DNA of 64,000 nt from Eledone cirrhosa (lineage: Eukaryota). Made by a program: the position numbers and the translations under genes. The DNA lies in the NCBI GenBank assembly GCA_964016885.1, contig OZ024762.1:15624001-15688000 (forward strand), given 5' to 3'. Of this stretch, positions 38,502-51,945 are shown one piece after another (within the stretch, counting starts at the first letter, position 1; each line of letters starts with the position of its first letter). The notes beneath the pieces are model-generated. The model was not told the origin of the DNA. It did not search any database and worked only from the letters and a program-made list of their open reading frames with translations.

Positions 38502-39036
38502 CTAGCTGGCGCCCGGCTAGGTATACCACCATTTTATCTTTTCAGGAATCCCCCCTACACTCTAGTGCAAAGATAACGCACGCTCTCTCAAGTCAGCGCT
38601 CTAATGTTGGGTTTGAATAGTTTTTAGGATTCCCCAGTTCAGCAGCCAGTACGTTAAAGAAAGTTGATAGTTACAACAATAAAGGCTGAACAGAGAACAA
38701 ATTTTTTGACAAACAATAATTTGTACAACCATAATGGAAATTCCAAGTAGCAGAAAATATTTAAATTACATTGTTAGAGCCTCAGAGTATACAATATTTT
38801 TTGTTCGGCTCTCCGGAGAAAAGATGAAGAGATTGTTTGGCGAGCTCACCCTAGAGCATCCTACATACAATTGACCATGGGAGAATCACTGATCTCGTAG
38901 CTCGTCTCGCGGAGAAGCTCTGTAGACGTTGACCTCTGAACACTCCTGTTAGGAGCAGGTAAGCAGGTGCTGTTTGGTCCAGCCGTTTGGCGGAAAGTTT
39001 GTTACCTACATACGGCCGTCAGCTTTATAGTATAGA
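38502..39036 (-). mobile_element. Non-autonomous Helitron (second family)
   Basis: Minus strand starts TCTATACTATAAAGC and ends GCCGGGCGCCAGCTAG|T; hairpin partly deleted. Confidence 0.65.
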
Positions 39037-39049
39037 TATGTAGAACATC

Positions 39050-39115
39050 TCTGTCTGACGAATGATCCAGACGTATATTAATATTGTCTGGGATCCAGAA
39101 ACCTTTGGTAATGGA
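39050..39115 (+). ncRNA. Hammerhead-like motif, sense intronic
   Basis: tctgt CTGACGA at gatccagac...gtctgggatc ca GAAA cc-ttt-gg TA atgga; stem I has G-U pairs. Confidence 0.5.
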
Positions 39116-40232
39116 TTAGTTATATTTTGTGTTGTTCACTTTCTAATTAAATAGCTCTGTTCTATACATAGAGCACTCTTTTTTCCTTTGCTTTTCCTTT
39201 GGAATTACCTAACACACACACACACACACACATCATCATCATCATCATCGTTTAACGTCTATCTTCCACGCTTGCATGGGTTTGGACGAGAGTTTTCCCA
39301 CTTGAGGCAAGAGTGGTTGTCTTGCTCGTATAGGACTGTCTGGCGGGTTTTCTACGGCTGGATGCCCTTCCTAACACCAACCACGTTTACAGTGTGGACT
39401 GGGAGGTTTTTACCGTGTTACCTACACGGCCACATTACAGCGTGGACTGTGTTATTTTGTCGTGACACCTACACACCCTCATTTATTTTGGACTGGATGC
39501 TGTGGTACCAACATAACTTTACATCAAAAGGGGTGGGTGTGGCTGGGGGGGGGGGTATTTTGTTAGAGGTGCCTACTGACTGTAGATTTCTCTTTGTATT
39601 TAGGCAAGGTGGGTCTTCTGTGTTACTGTGTATCGCCAAAGATCTCGGTCCAGTGACATTGTCTTGGAATATATATATATATATAGAGAGAGAGAGAAAA
39701 TTCATATAGATACAAACACAGATGATAATGAAATTATTGTGTACAGTGCTCAGGTGCACTATAACTCATCAAAGGTGCATGTATAGTATATAGAATAATG
39801 TTTAAATGTCAGGAATATGAACAGTGTACATATGAGTGGTGTCCATCTTTTATTAGCCCTTAAATGTTCAAACCGGCCAGAATTCTCTACCTTTTTCTGT
39901 TGAAACTGGTTGTAACTGGTCACTCAAACTGATGTTACGGTATTGTTCTCAAAATAAATACTTTCAAAATCTCATAGATTGGATATTATGTCAGATAAAG
40001 CCTTTACCATGAAAATATAATAGTATATATAGAGTAATGTGAATGCTAAATGGTTAGTTTTGTTTGATGAATGAATGAATTAAATTAGTCAATTAATCAG
40101 AGTTGTCTCCCCTGTATTATAGGACTCTTTGGTATGTCTGGAACCATAACTCCTTGGAGTTGTGTGACAATTCGATTGTAAACAAAATATAACTATACAT
40201 ATATATATATATATAGTTATGTATATATCTAT

Positions 40233-40668
40233 CTAGGGCAGGTAAAATTCCAGAGATCCATGGACGAGTTCTCTCCAGCAGTCTCTGTCCCTCATCATCG
40301 CTGCCATGTCCTGCGTCTCCAACAGACCAGTGTCTGTCCTTAGGACATCAACATATGTCAATCTTGGTCTCCCTCTTCCAGTGTGTCCATGCAGGGACTC
40401 CCACAGGAGCACTGAGTGCAATGTCAACTCTGGATGTCGGTGAGCATGTCCAGCTAACCTCAGTCTTCTCTGAGACACTTTTGGGAGGCTCCCATACAGC
40501 TCTGAGTTCTTCATCCTCAGTGTATATTGATTAATGTTCAGAGCCATCCTCAGCATTCTCGTGTAGCACCCATCCACCATCTGAGTGAGTTTCTTGGTCA
40601 GTGTCCAAGTTTCAGACCTGTGCAGCAGCACAGACTCCACTACAGCAACGAAGAGATGGATCTTCAGG
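40233..40668 (-). mobile_element. RTE-like LINE 3' fragment (third family; shorter copy at ~12165-12322)
   Basis: ESVLLHRSETWTLTK...RRLRLAGHAHRH...GRGRPRLTYVDVL. Confidence 0.85.
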
Positions 40669-40744
40669 TGTTTACAAAGTTTTATGTATATAGTTATACA
40701 GCTCTGTGTGTGTTTATATATTAATTATACCACTAATACTACAG

Positions 40745-40854
40745 GATCTGCGAACAACAAGGACAGCGTTTTACGGAACCTTCTGGTCAGTGGAGAAGAT
40801 CGTAACAATGGCTACTTTGTCAACAATCAGCATGTTGGAATGCCTTATCTCATG
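40745..40854 (+). CDS. HIF1A: HIF-alpha exon with SVLRNLLVSGED motif
   Basis: ctacag/gtaagt. GSANNKDSVLRNLLVSGEDRNNGY resembles the SVLxNLLVxG motif of invertebrate HIF-alpha; phase 1 to 0. Confidence 0.85.
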
Positions 40855-40863
40855 GTAAGTCAT

Positions 40864-40913
<50 letters not shown>

Positions 40914-41040
40914 CTCTATCTCTCTCTCTATATATATATATATAATCATGATCATCATCGTTTAACGTCCATCTTCCCCACAAGCATGTGCTGGATGGTT
41001 ATGTCACACTCGAGGCGAGATTGGTCGGGAGAATGTCTCG

Positions 41041-41099
<59 letters not shown>

Positions 41100-41103
<4 letters not shown>

Positions 41104-41690
41104 CTTCCCTACGAATGTTGGCAAATGCCCAAAACTCCGAGTTGGTACCATCAATGTAAGCACAATGAAAGGAAGAGCAGGAGAAATGCTAGAGCGAAAG
41201 GAAATTGATGTAAGCTGTTTGCAAGAGACTAGATGGAGAGGAGAGTCTGCTAGAGTCCTTGTAGGAAAAAGTCAGTGCTACAAATTTTTCTGGGTGGGAA
41301 ATGACGATGGTGTAGGTATGCTACTAGCTGACAAGTGGGTAGATAAAGTAATCTCAGTGTACAGGGTAAATGCAAGAATCATTAAACTCAGACTAGTCCT
41401 GAATAAAACAATTACCACAATAATATCAGCTTACACACCCCAATCGGGGTTTCCAGACGAACTTAAGGATAGGTTTTACGAGTCCCTAATGCACACTACT
41501 GCTCTAACAAACGACAATGACTTCCTAATCATCGCAGGAGATTTTAACGGACACGTAGGTAAACACTGTGACAGCTTCAATAGAGTCCATGGAGGCCATG
41601 GGGTTGGCACAAGAAATGAAGGAGGATTCAAACTTCTAGAATTCTGCGACGCCAATGACATGTTGATATGTAACACAAACTTCAGACACA
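41100..41690 (+). mobile_element. LINE AP-endonuclease fragment (RTE-type)
   Basis: LRVGTINVSTM, LQETRWRG, GVGMLL, ISAYTPQ, IAGDFNGHVG, LLEFC. Confidence 0.9.
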
Positions 41691-42585
41691 AACAACCGAC
41701 CAGACACTGCCCACAACAGGACAACCCGTCTAACCGATGCTAGCATGGAAGAATGGACGTAAAGCGGTGATGATGATGATGGTGATGATATATATATATA
41801 CATATATACACACATACAAATCATCATCATTTAATGTCTATTTTCCATACTTTATTTGCATTGGTTAGACGGGTTATGAGACATTATGGAACTGGCGAAC
41901 TCAGGTCAGGGAAACCACGTGTTGCTCATACAAATCTATTTTATGTTTGGTCTCGTGGCATGAAGCAACTGAGAGTACAAGATCTCCCTCAGGACAGGAC
42001 GATAGTCCATTGCAGGATGAAACTCCAGAGCTATTGCAGGTACTCGTTTTCAGCTGAGTATACTGGAGCTATGTGACATGAAGTGTTTTGCTCAAGAACA
42101 CAACACGCAATTCAGGAATTGAACCCACGACATTATTTCTCGTAAGTCCAACACCCTTACCACTAGGCCACGTGCCTCCACACAGCTATGAGCTGTAAAA
42201 AGACAATAACATAGAAAGACAGGAGACCCTAGCATTAAAATACTAGAAACCTCCTACAACCTCACTGGAGGCTGACTAAACCTACATGGGATGGAGATGT
42301 TTACGTTTGTTTTTCATGCTTGTTCGGGTTGACTGGGTGTTCTAGTATAGTGTCTCACCATTTGTGGTGGCTTATTGTCATCTCAATCAAGTTGTTCTTG
42401 TCTTCTTCTTCATCTCCATTTTCCCCTCTTCCTCCTTTTACTTCCTCTTCTCTTATCATGTCGCTACCAGTGCAATCTCTCCTATACACAACATCTGATT
42501 TTTCTTCTCAGATTTTTCTTTCAGTTTATTCATGCTTTATCATTTATGCATATTCATGAGAATATATACATATATATATACACTG

Positions 42586-42649
<64 letters not shown>

Positions 42650-42784
42650 GTAGCATCATCATCATTTAATGTCCACTGTCCTTGCTATCGTGGAAAATGG
42701 ATGTTAAACGGTATGTGTATATATGCATGTATATATATATATATATATATCATCACATATTTTCTCTTCTCTCTCTTCTGACAG

Positions 42785-43502
42785 CCACAAACCCTAACTG
42801 ATCCACCTACCAAGATGGACAGTTCCTTCTTGGACAGAGTTACCAACAAGAACTCTGTCAGCACCGCAGTGGCTGGGGATCCCACCAGCACCCAGTGCAA
42901 CCTCTCAACCGTTGCCAATAGCAACCACCACGAGGACAACAACAGCAGCAGCAGCAGCTTGTCTCCACAATATCATCATCATCTGTGAAACGTGGAAGCA
43001 ACCAGAAGCAGCAGGACTGGGTGTGGTGGTGGGCTCTTAATACGACCGTCACATCCCCTACAGTAAGTTGCCCCAGTTCTATCATCACTAGCACAAGTTC
43101 CAGCACTAGTAGCAAGGATAACGTGATGGTTTCAAGTTCTGCAGATGCTGCCAGAAGCAATGTCATTTCCCCAACACCACCACCACCACCACCGTCTTAC
43201 CTGATGACGTTGGGCAGTTCATCGTACGATAAACGGGCCCTGTTTGGGGAGGACCTTGTTGGCAGCGGATCACTGGATCAGACCACCTTGAACGGCCCCT
43301 CAAGACTTAAGGGCCCCCGTGGTAGTTTCTTGTGCAACTCTACGCTATCGCAGTCGTCCGACGACATCCAAGCCTTGTTTCGCGAAGGCATTGCCCAGCC
43401 ACCAGAAGAGGACATAGTGAAAAAGAACGTGAGCTGTGACGACATTTCAAAAGTATCCAAGGGAACAACCACTACTACTGCCGCCACTAGCACCAGTAGT
43501 AA

Positions 43503-43534
<32 letters not shown>

Positions 43535-44125
43535 CTGTGCCTACTACCCGTCGTTTGTCATCTAGTCTTCTTCATGATGACATCCAAGCGTTGTTTGGTG
43601 TGGATCTTGACATGGATGAGTTAAGGGATGCGACACAGTCAAACCCTATCACCAGAGGTACAAATTCAGTAGAGGGCAGCGCCAACCAGACAGGAAATGC
43701 TCTCTCTAACCTCTTGCCCAATGGCAAGTCGTCAAGGTCTTCCTACAATATGCAGACAATGTTTGGTGTGGATCTCGTCCCTGCTGGACAGTTGAATATG
43801 GCAAGCCCAGCTGAGTGTGCCGTCATCTCAACAAAAACTACAACTACTGCTACTAATAATGGCATTCGAACACCAAACACCCAGTCTTCAGCTGTTATTC
43901 GGAACAGCAGTAATAATATTAATATGAAATATGGAGTGAAAATGCCCAATACCCAGTCTTCAGCAAGACCACAAGGTTTAGCTATGGGCTTGACCACAGC
44001 GCCAAAATGGTTGCCACGCCTCACGCAAACTGACTGTGAGGTGAATGCTCCAATTTGGGTCGGGAGAGCGCCTACTCAATGGCACGGAATTGTTAAAGGC
44101 TTTGGATGTGGAAAATATCTTTTGA
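42785..44125 (+). CDS. HIF1A: HIF-alpha terminal exon with C-TAD; two frame breaks as assembled
   Basis: Strong acceptor ttctctctcttctgacag. [15 protein letters not shown] (FIH Asn codon 44044-44046) is in one frame and [22 protein letters not shown] (TGA 44123-44125) in another. The entry frame stops at 42986. Confidence 0.8.
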
Positions 44126-44186
44126 TAAATATATTAACTGCGTAGTGCAAATGTAGTAACTTTATATATATGTGTATACATGTGTT

Positions 44187-44231
<45 letters not shown>

Positions 44232-44267
44232 TCACATACACAGTCAATCAGAGGAATATATATAAGC

Positions 44268-44298
<31 letters not shown>

Positions 44299-44388
44299 GT
44301 TTGTATATTCATATGTATATGCATCTATAGTACCTTGTATATTACTCAGCTTAAATGTCCCTTGACACATATATACAAATACACAAAA

Positions 44389-44419
<31 letters not shown>

Positions 44420-44492
44420 CATACATTCATATATAATACAGTATATATATATATTTATATATAATACAGTATATATATATATATATAATACA

Positions 44493-44532
<40 letters not shown>

Positions 44533-44534
44533 CA

Positions 44535-44578
<44 letters not shown>

Positions 44579-44581
44579 CAG

Positions 44582-44662
<81 letters not shown>

Positions 44663-44665
44663 CAG

Positions 44666-44719
<54 letters not shown>

Positions 44720-44781
44720 CATTCATATATAATACAGTATATATATATATAGACACAAACATACATAGACATATATATACA

Positions 44782-44831
<50 letters not shown>

Positions 44832-44969
44832 TATACATCCATATATATTTTACAGATATTCCCATATCTATTTCTTTTCCTATTATATATACAATATATA
44901 CATGTATAGTATAGATACTAATATCTATCTATCTACCATATTTCTACTTCTCTCACTCTCTCTCTTTAT

Positions 44970-45002
<33 letters not shown>

Positions 45003-45055
45003 CACACACACACACACACATATATATATACACATGCACACACATATATATATAT

Positions 45056-45086
<31 letters not shown>

Positions 45087-45141
45087 CACATATATATACA
45101 CACACATATACACACACACACATACATATACACACACACAC

Positions 45142-45180
<39 letters not shown>

Positions 45181-45629
45181 TATATATACACACACACACA
45201 CATATATATATGCACACGCATATATACACACACACACATACATATACACACATATATATATATACACACACACGTACATATATATGTATATACACACACA
45301 CACATATATGTATATACACACACACACATATATATATATTTAAGAGTTAAACAAGATTCAATGAATACATCAAAGAATGAGTTTTACAATAGATTGGAAG
45401 CACTCAACAAAAAGGTTTTCCAGAGTTATTAATATTAATTCAAAATATTAACAAAATAGATATTCTTGTGATCAATTATATTTTATTATACATATTTCAG
45501 AGGTACTGAGTTAAGTCCAACAGTACGTCCTCATCAGATAAAATAAGATGATGCATGACATACCCTGACATAGTAGATGGTTAAGATTCAGTCATGGTAG
45601 TGATTAACTTATGACAAAACTCCCCAACA

Positions 45630-45681
<52 letters not shown>

Positions 45682-45771
45682 CATATATATTTACTTTTTT
45701 TTAATTTGATAGTATTTTTTGTTTGTTTTTCACCATCACAATTACTATTATTCTACATACCAAAATTATAT

Positions 45772-45826
<55 letters not shown>

Positions 45827-46124
45827 CACATACACAAGTTTAAATGATATATAAAGTACATATATCAATAGTATTTTGTAAATATATACACATAAGTTAA
45901 GGTGTTTTACAGAATGTTGTATACAATGTTTGTTTATTTATTTAAAAAAATTATTTTATCAAAGTCAAAGGCAAAAATCAAAAAAGAATATATATTTGAC
46001 TTAATTATTAGCAACTCTGCAGGCGGAGGGGTTGGTTCCTGGAAAGGGGTGGGTCCCCTGGGATGGGGGGTATGGTTAACTTGAAGCAGTTAAGTATAAA
46101 TGTTTTTTTTATTTATTTATTAGA

Positions 46125-46330
46125 TTAACCCTTTAGCATTTACATAACTCTATATTTACTATTATATTTTCGCGGTGAAGTCTTTACCTCACATAATATT
46201 GAATCTATGAGATGTTGATGTTATTTGTTTTGAGAACAATACCTTAACATCAGTATGAGTGGTTGGTTACAGGCAGTTTTTGTAGAAAGAGGTGAGGGAA
46301 TTCTGGCCGGTTTAAATGCTAAAGGGTTAA
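46125..46330. mobile_element. piggyBac-like MITE (reference copy)
   Basis: TTAA|CCCTTTAGCATTTA...TAAATGCTAAAGGG|TTAA. Other copies at ~3040-3470 (SINE inserted), 14501-15640, 25515-25630 (partial), 38082-38366, 39855-40056, 50778-50992, 51311-51535. Confidence 0.85.
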
Positions 46331-46855
46331 CATTATTGGGAAAAGGGGGTGGATCGGCTGTATTGGTAGAGGGTCGGTCGCAATGCTTTTGCAGCATAGT
46401 TATGGCCCTTTACGTTCTGAGTTCAAATCCTGCCAAGGTTAACTTTGCCTTTCATCCTTACGGGGTCGATAAGATAAAGCACCAGTAATACACTGGGGTA
46501 ATTGCTGGCCTTGTGCCAAAAGTAGAAACAATTATTAGGAAAAAGACACAATTTAATATTTATTTAGTGACTAAGGTTAACTAAATAAGGATATTATTAT
46601 TAGGGGAAATATTAACCCCTTCAATTTAGTATAATCCCACTTTCCCTTCAGGGTCAATATCATATATTTTATTTTATTTTATTTTATTTTTTTACATATA
46701 GGAAAAAAAAAAGAAAAAATGTTTGTTAAATTTTTAGCTGAGTGTTATTTTGTATAATTACAAAAGACTAAATGGGACAAAGAGAAGATAACTCAAAATG
46801 GTCCATGCACAATGACGTGAATTAGGGAGAAGTTAACAGGGATGCACTGTATATA

Positions 46856-46922
46856 CAGGATGTCCCCCCAAAAATGTATACACACTTTAATTAGTATGTA
46901 TACATTTTTTTTAAACACCCTG
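46856..46922. mobile_element. Tiny Tc1/mariner-type MITE (related ends at ~10634-10737 and ~31490-31520)
   Basis: TA-CAGGATGTCC...AAAATGTATACA / TGTATACATTTT...ACACCCTG-TA. Confidence 0.6.
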
Positions 46923-47150
46923 TATTATAGTAGAATTAGGTTAGCATATGTTAGCTGGGTGAAATGAAGTTTATAGGGGTGTAATGAGTATATTTGAAAT
47001 AAATTAAGGGCTGTGGGGGTTTTGATGTATGTCGTACACAGTATATTCTCACTATTTGGAAAATGAATAGTGAGTGTAAATGGGGATGAACTGGGGGTAA
47101 TTTCAATACATACATGTTTGCATATATATATTTATATAATCATATATCTA

Positions 47151-47218
<68 letters not shown>

Positions 47219-47435
47219 ACATGAATGGACCTGTTATTTTTCTCTAAAAACATTTTTTTCTGTTTCCAACCTGCCCGTCCCTTCAATCTTTCTGATTTCT
47301 CATTCTTTCTTCTGATGAAGGACTAGCGCCCGAAACGTTAAGACCCTCTTCCTGCTATATCAAGCATTAACCTAATATATCCCTTGTGTTGTTATTTCTG
47401 TTTACCTTTTAAATACATACATATATATATGTATG

Positions 47436-47466
<31 letters not shown>

Positions 47467-47489
47467 ATATATATATATATATATGTATG

Positions 47490-47558
<69 letters not shown>

Positions 47559-47612
47559 GTGTGTGTGTGTGTATATATATATATGTATGTATATATATAT
47601 ATATATACTATA

Positions 47613-47690
<78 letters not shown>

Positions 47691-47695
47691 TATAT

Positions 47696-47732
<37 letters not shown>

Positions 47733-47742
47733 AACATATATA

Positions 47743-47778
<36 letters not shown>

Positions 47779-47798
47779 AACATATATATGTACATACA

Positions 47799-47830
<32 letters not shown>

Positions 47831-47846
47831 CATAAACATATATATG

Positions 47847-47910
<64 letters not shown>

Positions 47911-47922
47911 AACATATATATG

Positions 47923-47964
<42 letters not shown>

Positions 47965-47976
47965 AACATATATATG

Positions 47977-48036
<60 letters not shown>

Positions 48037-48098
48037 AACATATATATGTACATACATATATGTATATATACAGATATATATATACATACGTACACGTG

Positions 48099-48187
<89 letters not shown>

Positions 48188-48344
48188 ACAAACCATATAT
48201 CTATCTTTATATAACCTGTCCCCTTGTTTTTTTTTCTTTTCATGGTTGAGAGAAGAAAATAAGATATATTCTGTAACCTTTGCAGTTTACTCTGAGACTT
48301 GTGTCATTAATATGGTGCCGCCATAATGGTGTCTGTCTCTGAAA

Positions 48345-48680
48345 CGGTGCCACTGAAGTGGTGCCAATGAAATAGGGCCTCTGATATGTTGTCTTTGAAA
48401 TAGAACCTCTGAAATGGGGGCCTCTGATGTAGTGTCACTGCAAGGGTACCTCTGGTGTAGTGTCACTGCAAGGGTACCTCTGGTGTAGTGTCACTGCAAG
48501 GGTGCCTCTGATGTAGTGTCGCTGAAATGGTGCCTCTGATGTGGTGTCGCTGAAAAGGGGGCCAATGTAATGGGGCCTCTGAAAAGGGGTTTCCAAAATG
48601 GTGCCACTGAGAAGGGGCCTCTGAAAAGGAGTTTCTGAAGGGGTACCAATACATTGTCATGGTAACTGTGAAGGGGTGAC
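48345..48680. repeat. Degenerate GC-rich minisatellite (CCTCTGATGTAGTGTCACTGCAAGGGT-like)
   Basis: Visible periodic CCTCTG / CACTG motifs. Confidence 0.75.
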
Positions 48681-48809
48681 ACTAAAGTGGTTCATATTCA
48701 ATTTCAACAATATGTAAATTAATGTCTGGGTTGGGGTGGGGTGGAGATAGGGGTTGGGGTGCTGGGGCGAGCTTGCAATAGGAGGAGGGTGGAAGTGGTG
48801 TCTACCTTG

Positions 48810-49195
48810 TTAGTTGTGAGGTGACGGTGGGGTGTACTTAGTTGTGAAGTCGGGGTGGGGTGTACTGAGTTGTGAGGTGGGGGGTGGGGTGTACTTAGTT
48901 GTGAAGTCGGGGTGGGGTGTACTGAGTTGTGAGGTGGGGGTAGGGTGTACTTAGTTGTGAAGTCGGGGTGGGGTGTACTGAGTTGTGAAGTCGGGGTGGG
49001 GTGTACTGAGTTGTGAGGTGGGGGTAGGGTGTACTTAGTTGTGAAGTCGGGGTGGGGTGTACTGAGTTGTGAAGTCGGGGTGGGGTGTACTGAGTTGTGA
49101 GGTGGGGGTAGGGTGTAGTTAGTTGTGAGGTGGGGTGGGGTGGGGTGTACTTAGTTGTGAGATGAGGGCGAGGTGTAGTTAGTTGTGAGGTGGCG
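48810..49195. repeat. G-rich ~28-bp minisatellite GGGGTGGGGTGTACTGAGTTGTGAAGTC
   Basis: About 13 units with paired G4 runs. Confidence 0.9.
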
Positions 49196-49428
49196 GTAGT
49201 TATATATTATTAGATTGAAGTTATAGGTATGTTGTTAGTTGGGAGTGTGTATAGGTAGTTGTTAGGCAGTGATGTGTTTCTAGTTAGTTGTTAGGTAGGT
49301 GTGTATCTAGTTGTGAGGTGGAGGTGGTGTGTAGAGAGTTAGACCTTAGAACAGATGATATAGACATAGAAAGACAGATTCTGATATATACTTATACATA
49401 AACACACACACACACATATATATATATG

Positions 49429-49551
<123 letters not shown>

Positions 49552-49647
49552 CTAAACATACATAAACATCTACATACATCGAATAAATATGCATACAAAC
49601 ATATATACACATACATACACGCACATTCATATTTGTATGTGTATATA

Positions 49648-49691
<44 letters not shown>

Positions 49692-49743
49692 CATACATGC
49701 ACGCACACATTCACTCACACACACACACACACATGTGTGTATA

Positions 49744-49783
<40 letters not shown>

Positions 49784-49912
49784 TACATTTATACATATGT
49801 ATATATATATATACATATATATATGTATATATATATACATATGTATATATGTATATATATATATACATATATATATGTATATACATATGTATATATGTAT
49901 ACATATATATAC

Positions 49913-49943
<31 letters not shown>

Positions 49944-51768
49944 TATATGTAATTGTACGAGGTGGTATCAGAAAGTTCCTTTGGCTGGACCTACACCACT
50001 AACTCCAACCAGTAACAAAGGTATTTCACATATATATATATTTGGGGATTATGAGAGGAAGGGGCACTCCCCACCACCCCGTGCTTTGATACGGTCCCTC
50101 TGGGTATGTCCTACAGTGATCCCAGTGGCATCTTCCATGCCTTAAAAGCATTATGGAATTTACCCCTTTCTGAATAAGGTTATCCATTACTGTCCATTGC
50201 AGTTCCATTTAAATTTTATCTACCTTTCTTAAGCAATGGCCCAAAACAGTGCTCTGAAGTAGCACCTTAAACCAGTGCTACAAAGCAACGGGCCTGAAAC
50301 AAGGCCCAAAGCAGTGCTGCAGCACCCTAAACAAGTGCTCCATAGCAAAGCACTGAAGCAGTGGCCTAAAACAACACCCTGAACCAGTGCTCCATAGCAA
50401 AGCCCTGAAGCAGTGGCCCAAAACTGCCCTGAACCAATGCCCCATAGCAAAGGCCTGAAAGCAACATGTGACCCCTTTCATCTTCAAATATCAGGAAACC
50501 TGTGGAAATCACAGACTATGATACATCAATGGGATAGGGTGAGGGTGAGACACAAAAAATATCCAACAAACAACATTGACAGCAGCGTGGAGTACTGTCA
50601 CCTTTTCTGAGAGAATCTCTTCATGGGTCAAACTCCATACATAACTGATTCCAAATCATGTGAGGGAGAGAGAAAACTGATGGATATTTCAGGTGTAAAA
50701 ACCATGTCTCAGAAAGGATCCTGTGTTAGGGAGTCAGCAAGGCTAACCCTGATTTAAGAGGAGGGGGTTGAACAGCCCTAACCCTTTAGTATTTCCATTA
50801 CTCTATATTTACTCTGTATTTTCATGGTAAACATTTTATCTCACATAATATTGACTCTGTGAGATTTTGGTATTATTTATTTTGAGAACAATACCTTAAC
50901 ATCAGTATGAGTGGCCAGTTACAGCTGGTTTGAACAGAAAGAAGTGAGAGAATTCTGGCTGGATATGGCTGACTTAAATGCTAAAGGGTTAAAATACTTA
51001 TTGCTTGGTGGCTGTCCTTATGGATAATTTCATATTTTTACATTATTATTTCCTCCATCAACCCACCCATCCACCTATATTTTCTGGTGTTTTTTTTTTG
51101 TTAGTGGCTGTTTGTTCACTCTAAATGCACTTCTTCGTGAAGCTGGTGCTCAACCGGCCTGTAAAAATGCATGTACCCGTGTTTCACTTAAAGAATGCTT
51201 TTGCCAATAGAAGATTTTAGTGAAGAACTTCAACCAAGAATTTGATACAGGCACATAACTTGAAGAATTTGTCAGCCACTTGTAAAGGAGAAAAGAAAAA
51301 AGCCATTTTTTTAACTCTTTACCATTAACATTACTCTATATACATACATACATACTGTTGTATTTTCATGGTAAAGGCTTTATCTCACATAATATCAAAT
51401 CTATGAGATTTTGATATTATTCATTTTGAGAACAATACCTTAACATCAGTATGAGTGGCGGTTACAGCTGGTTTGTACAGAAAGAGGTGAGAGAATTCTG
51501 GCCGGATATGGCCGGTTTAATTGCTAATGGGTTTTTAAAAGCCGGGAGCCGTTTTAACACAAATGTTACAAAAATTCACATAAATAGCTGAATGTGGTTA
51601 CTTAGTATGAAGTCGATTTGTAGACAAATTCAGTAGGTTGGCCTACCATAATAATAATAATAATTGGCAGTTGTGCATGCATGCATTTCTCTTGTACTGT
51701 ACAGTCACAGCACGTGCATCCTGGAGAATCTGATAATACCTCGTTCGTATTTACACATATATATATAA

Positions 51769-51808
<40 letters not shown>

Positions 51809-51945
51809 TACATACATACATATATATATATAATGTATAACATTATATGTATATATATATAAACATATAATATATATTCATATAACATACATTATATATG
51901 TGATATATAATATATATACATATATATATATATATATGTATACAC

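Noticed and set aside
44050-44062. Programmed ribosomal frameshift at the C-TAD break
   Set aside because: No recognisable slippery heptamer or stimulatory element; a homopolymer indel is more parsimonious.
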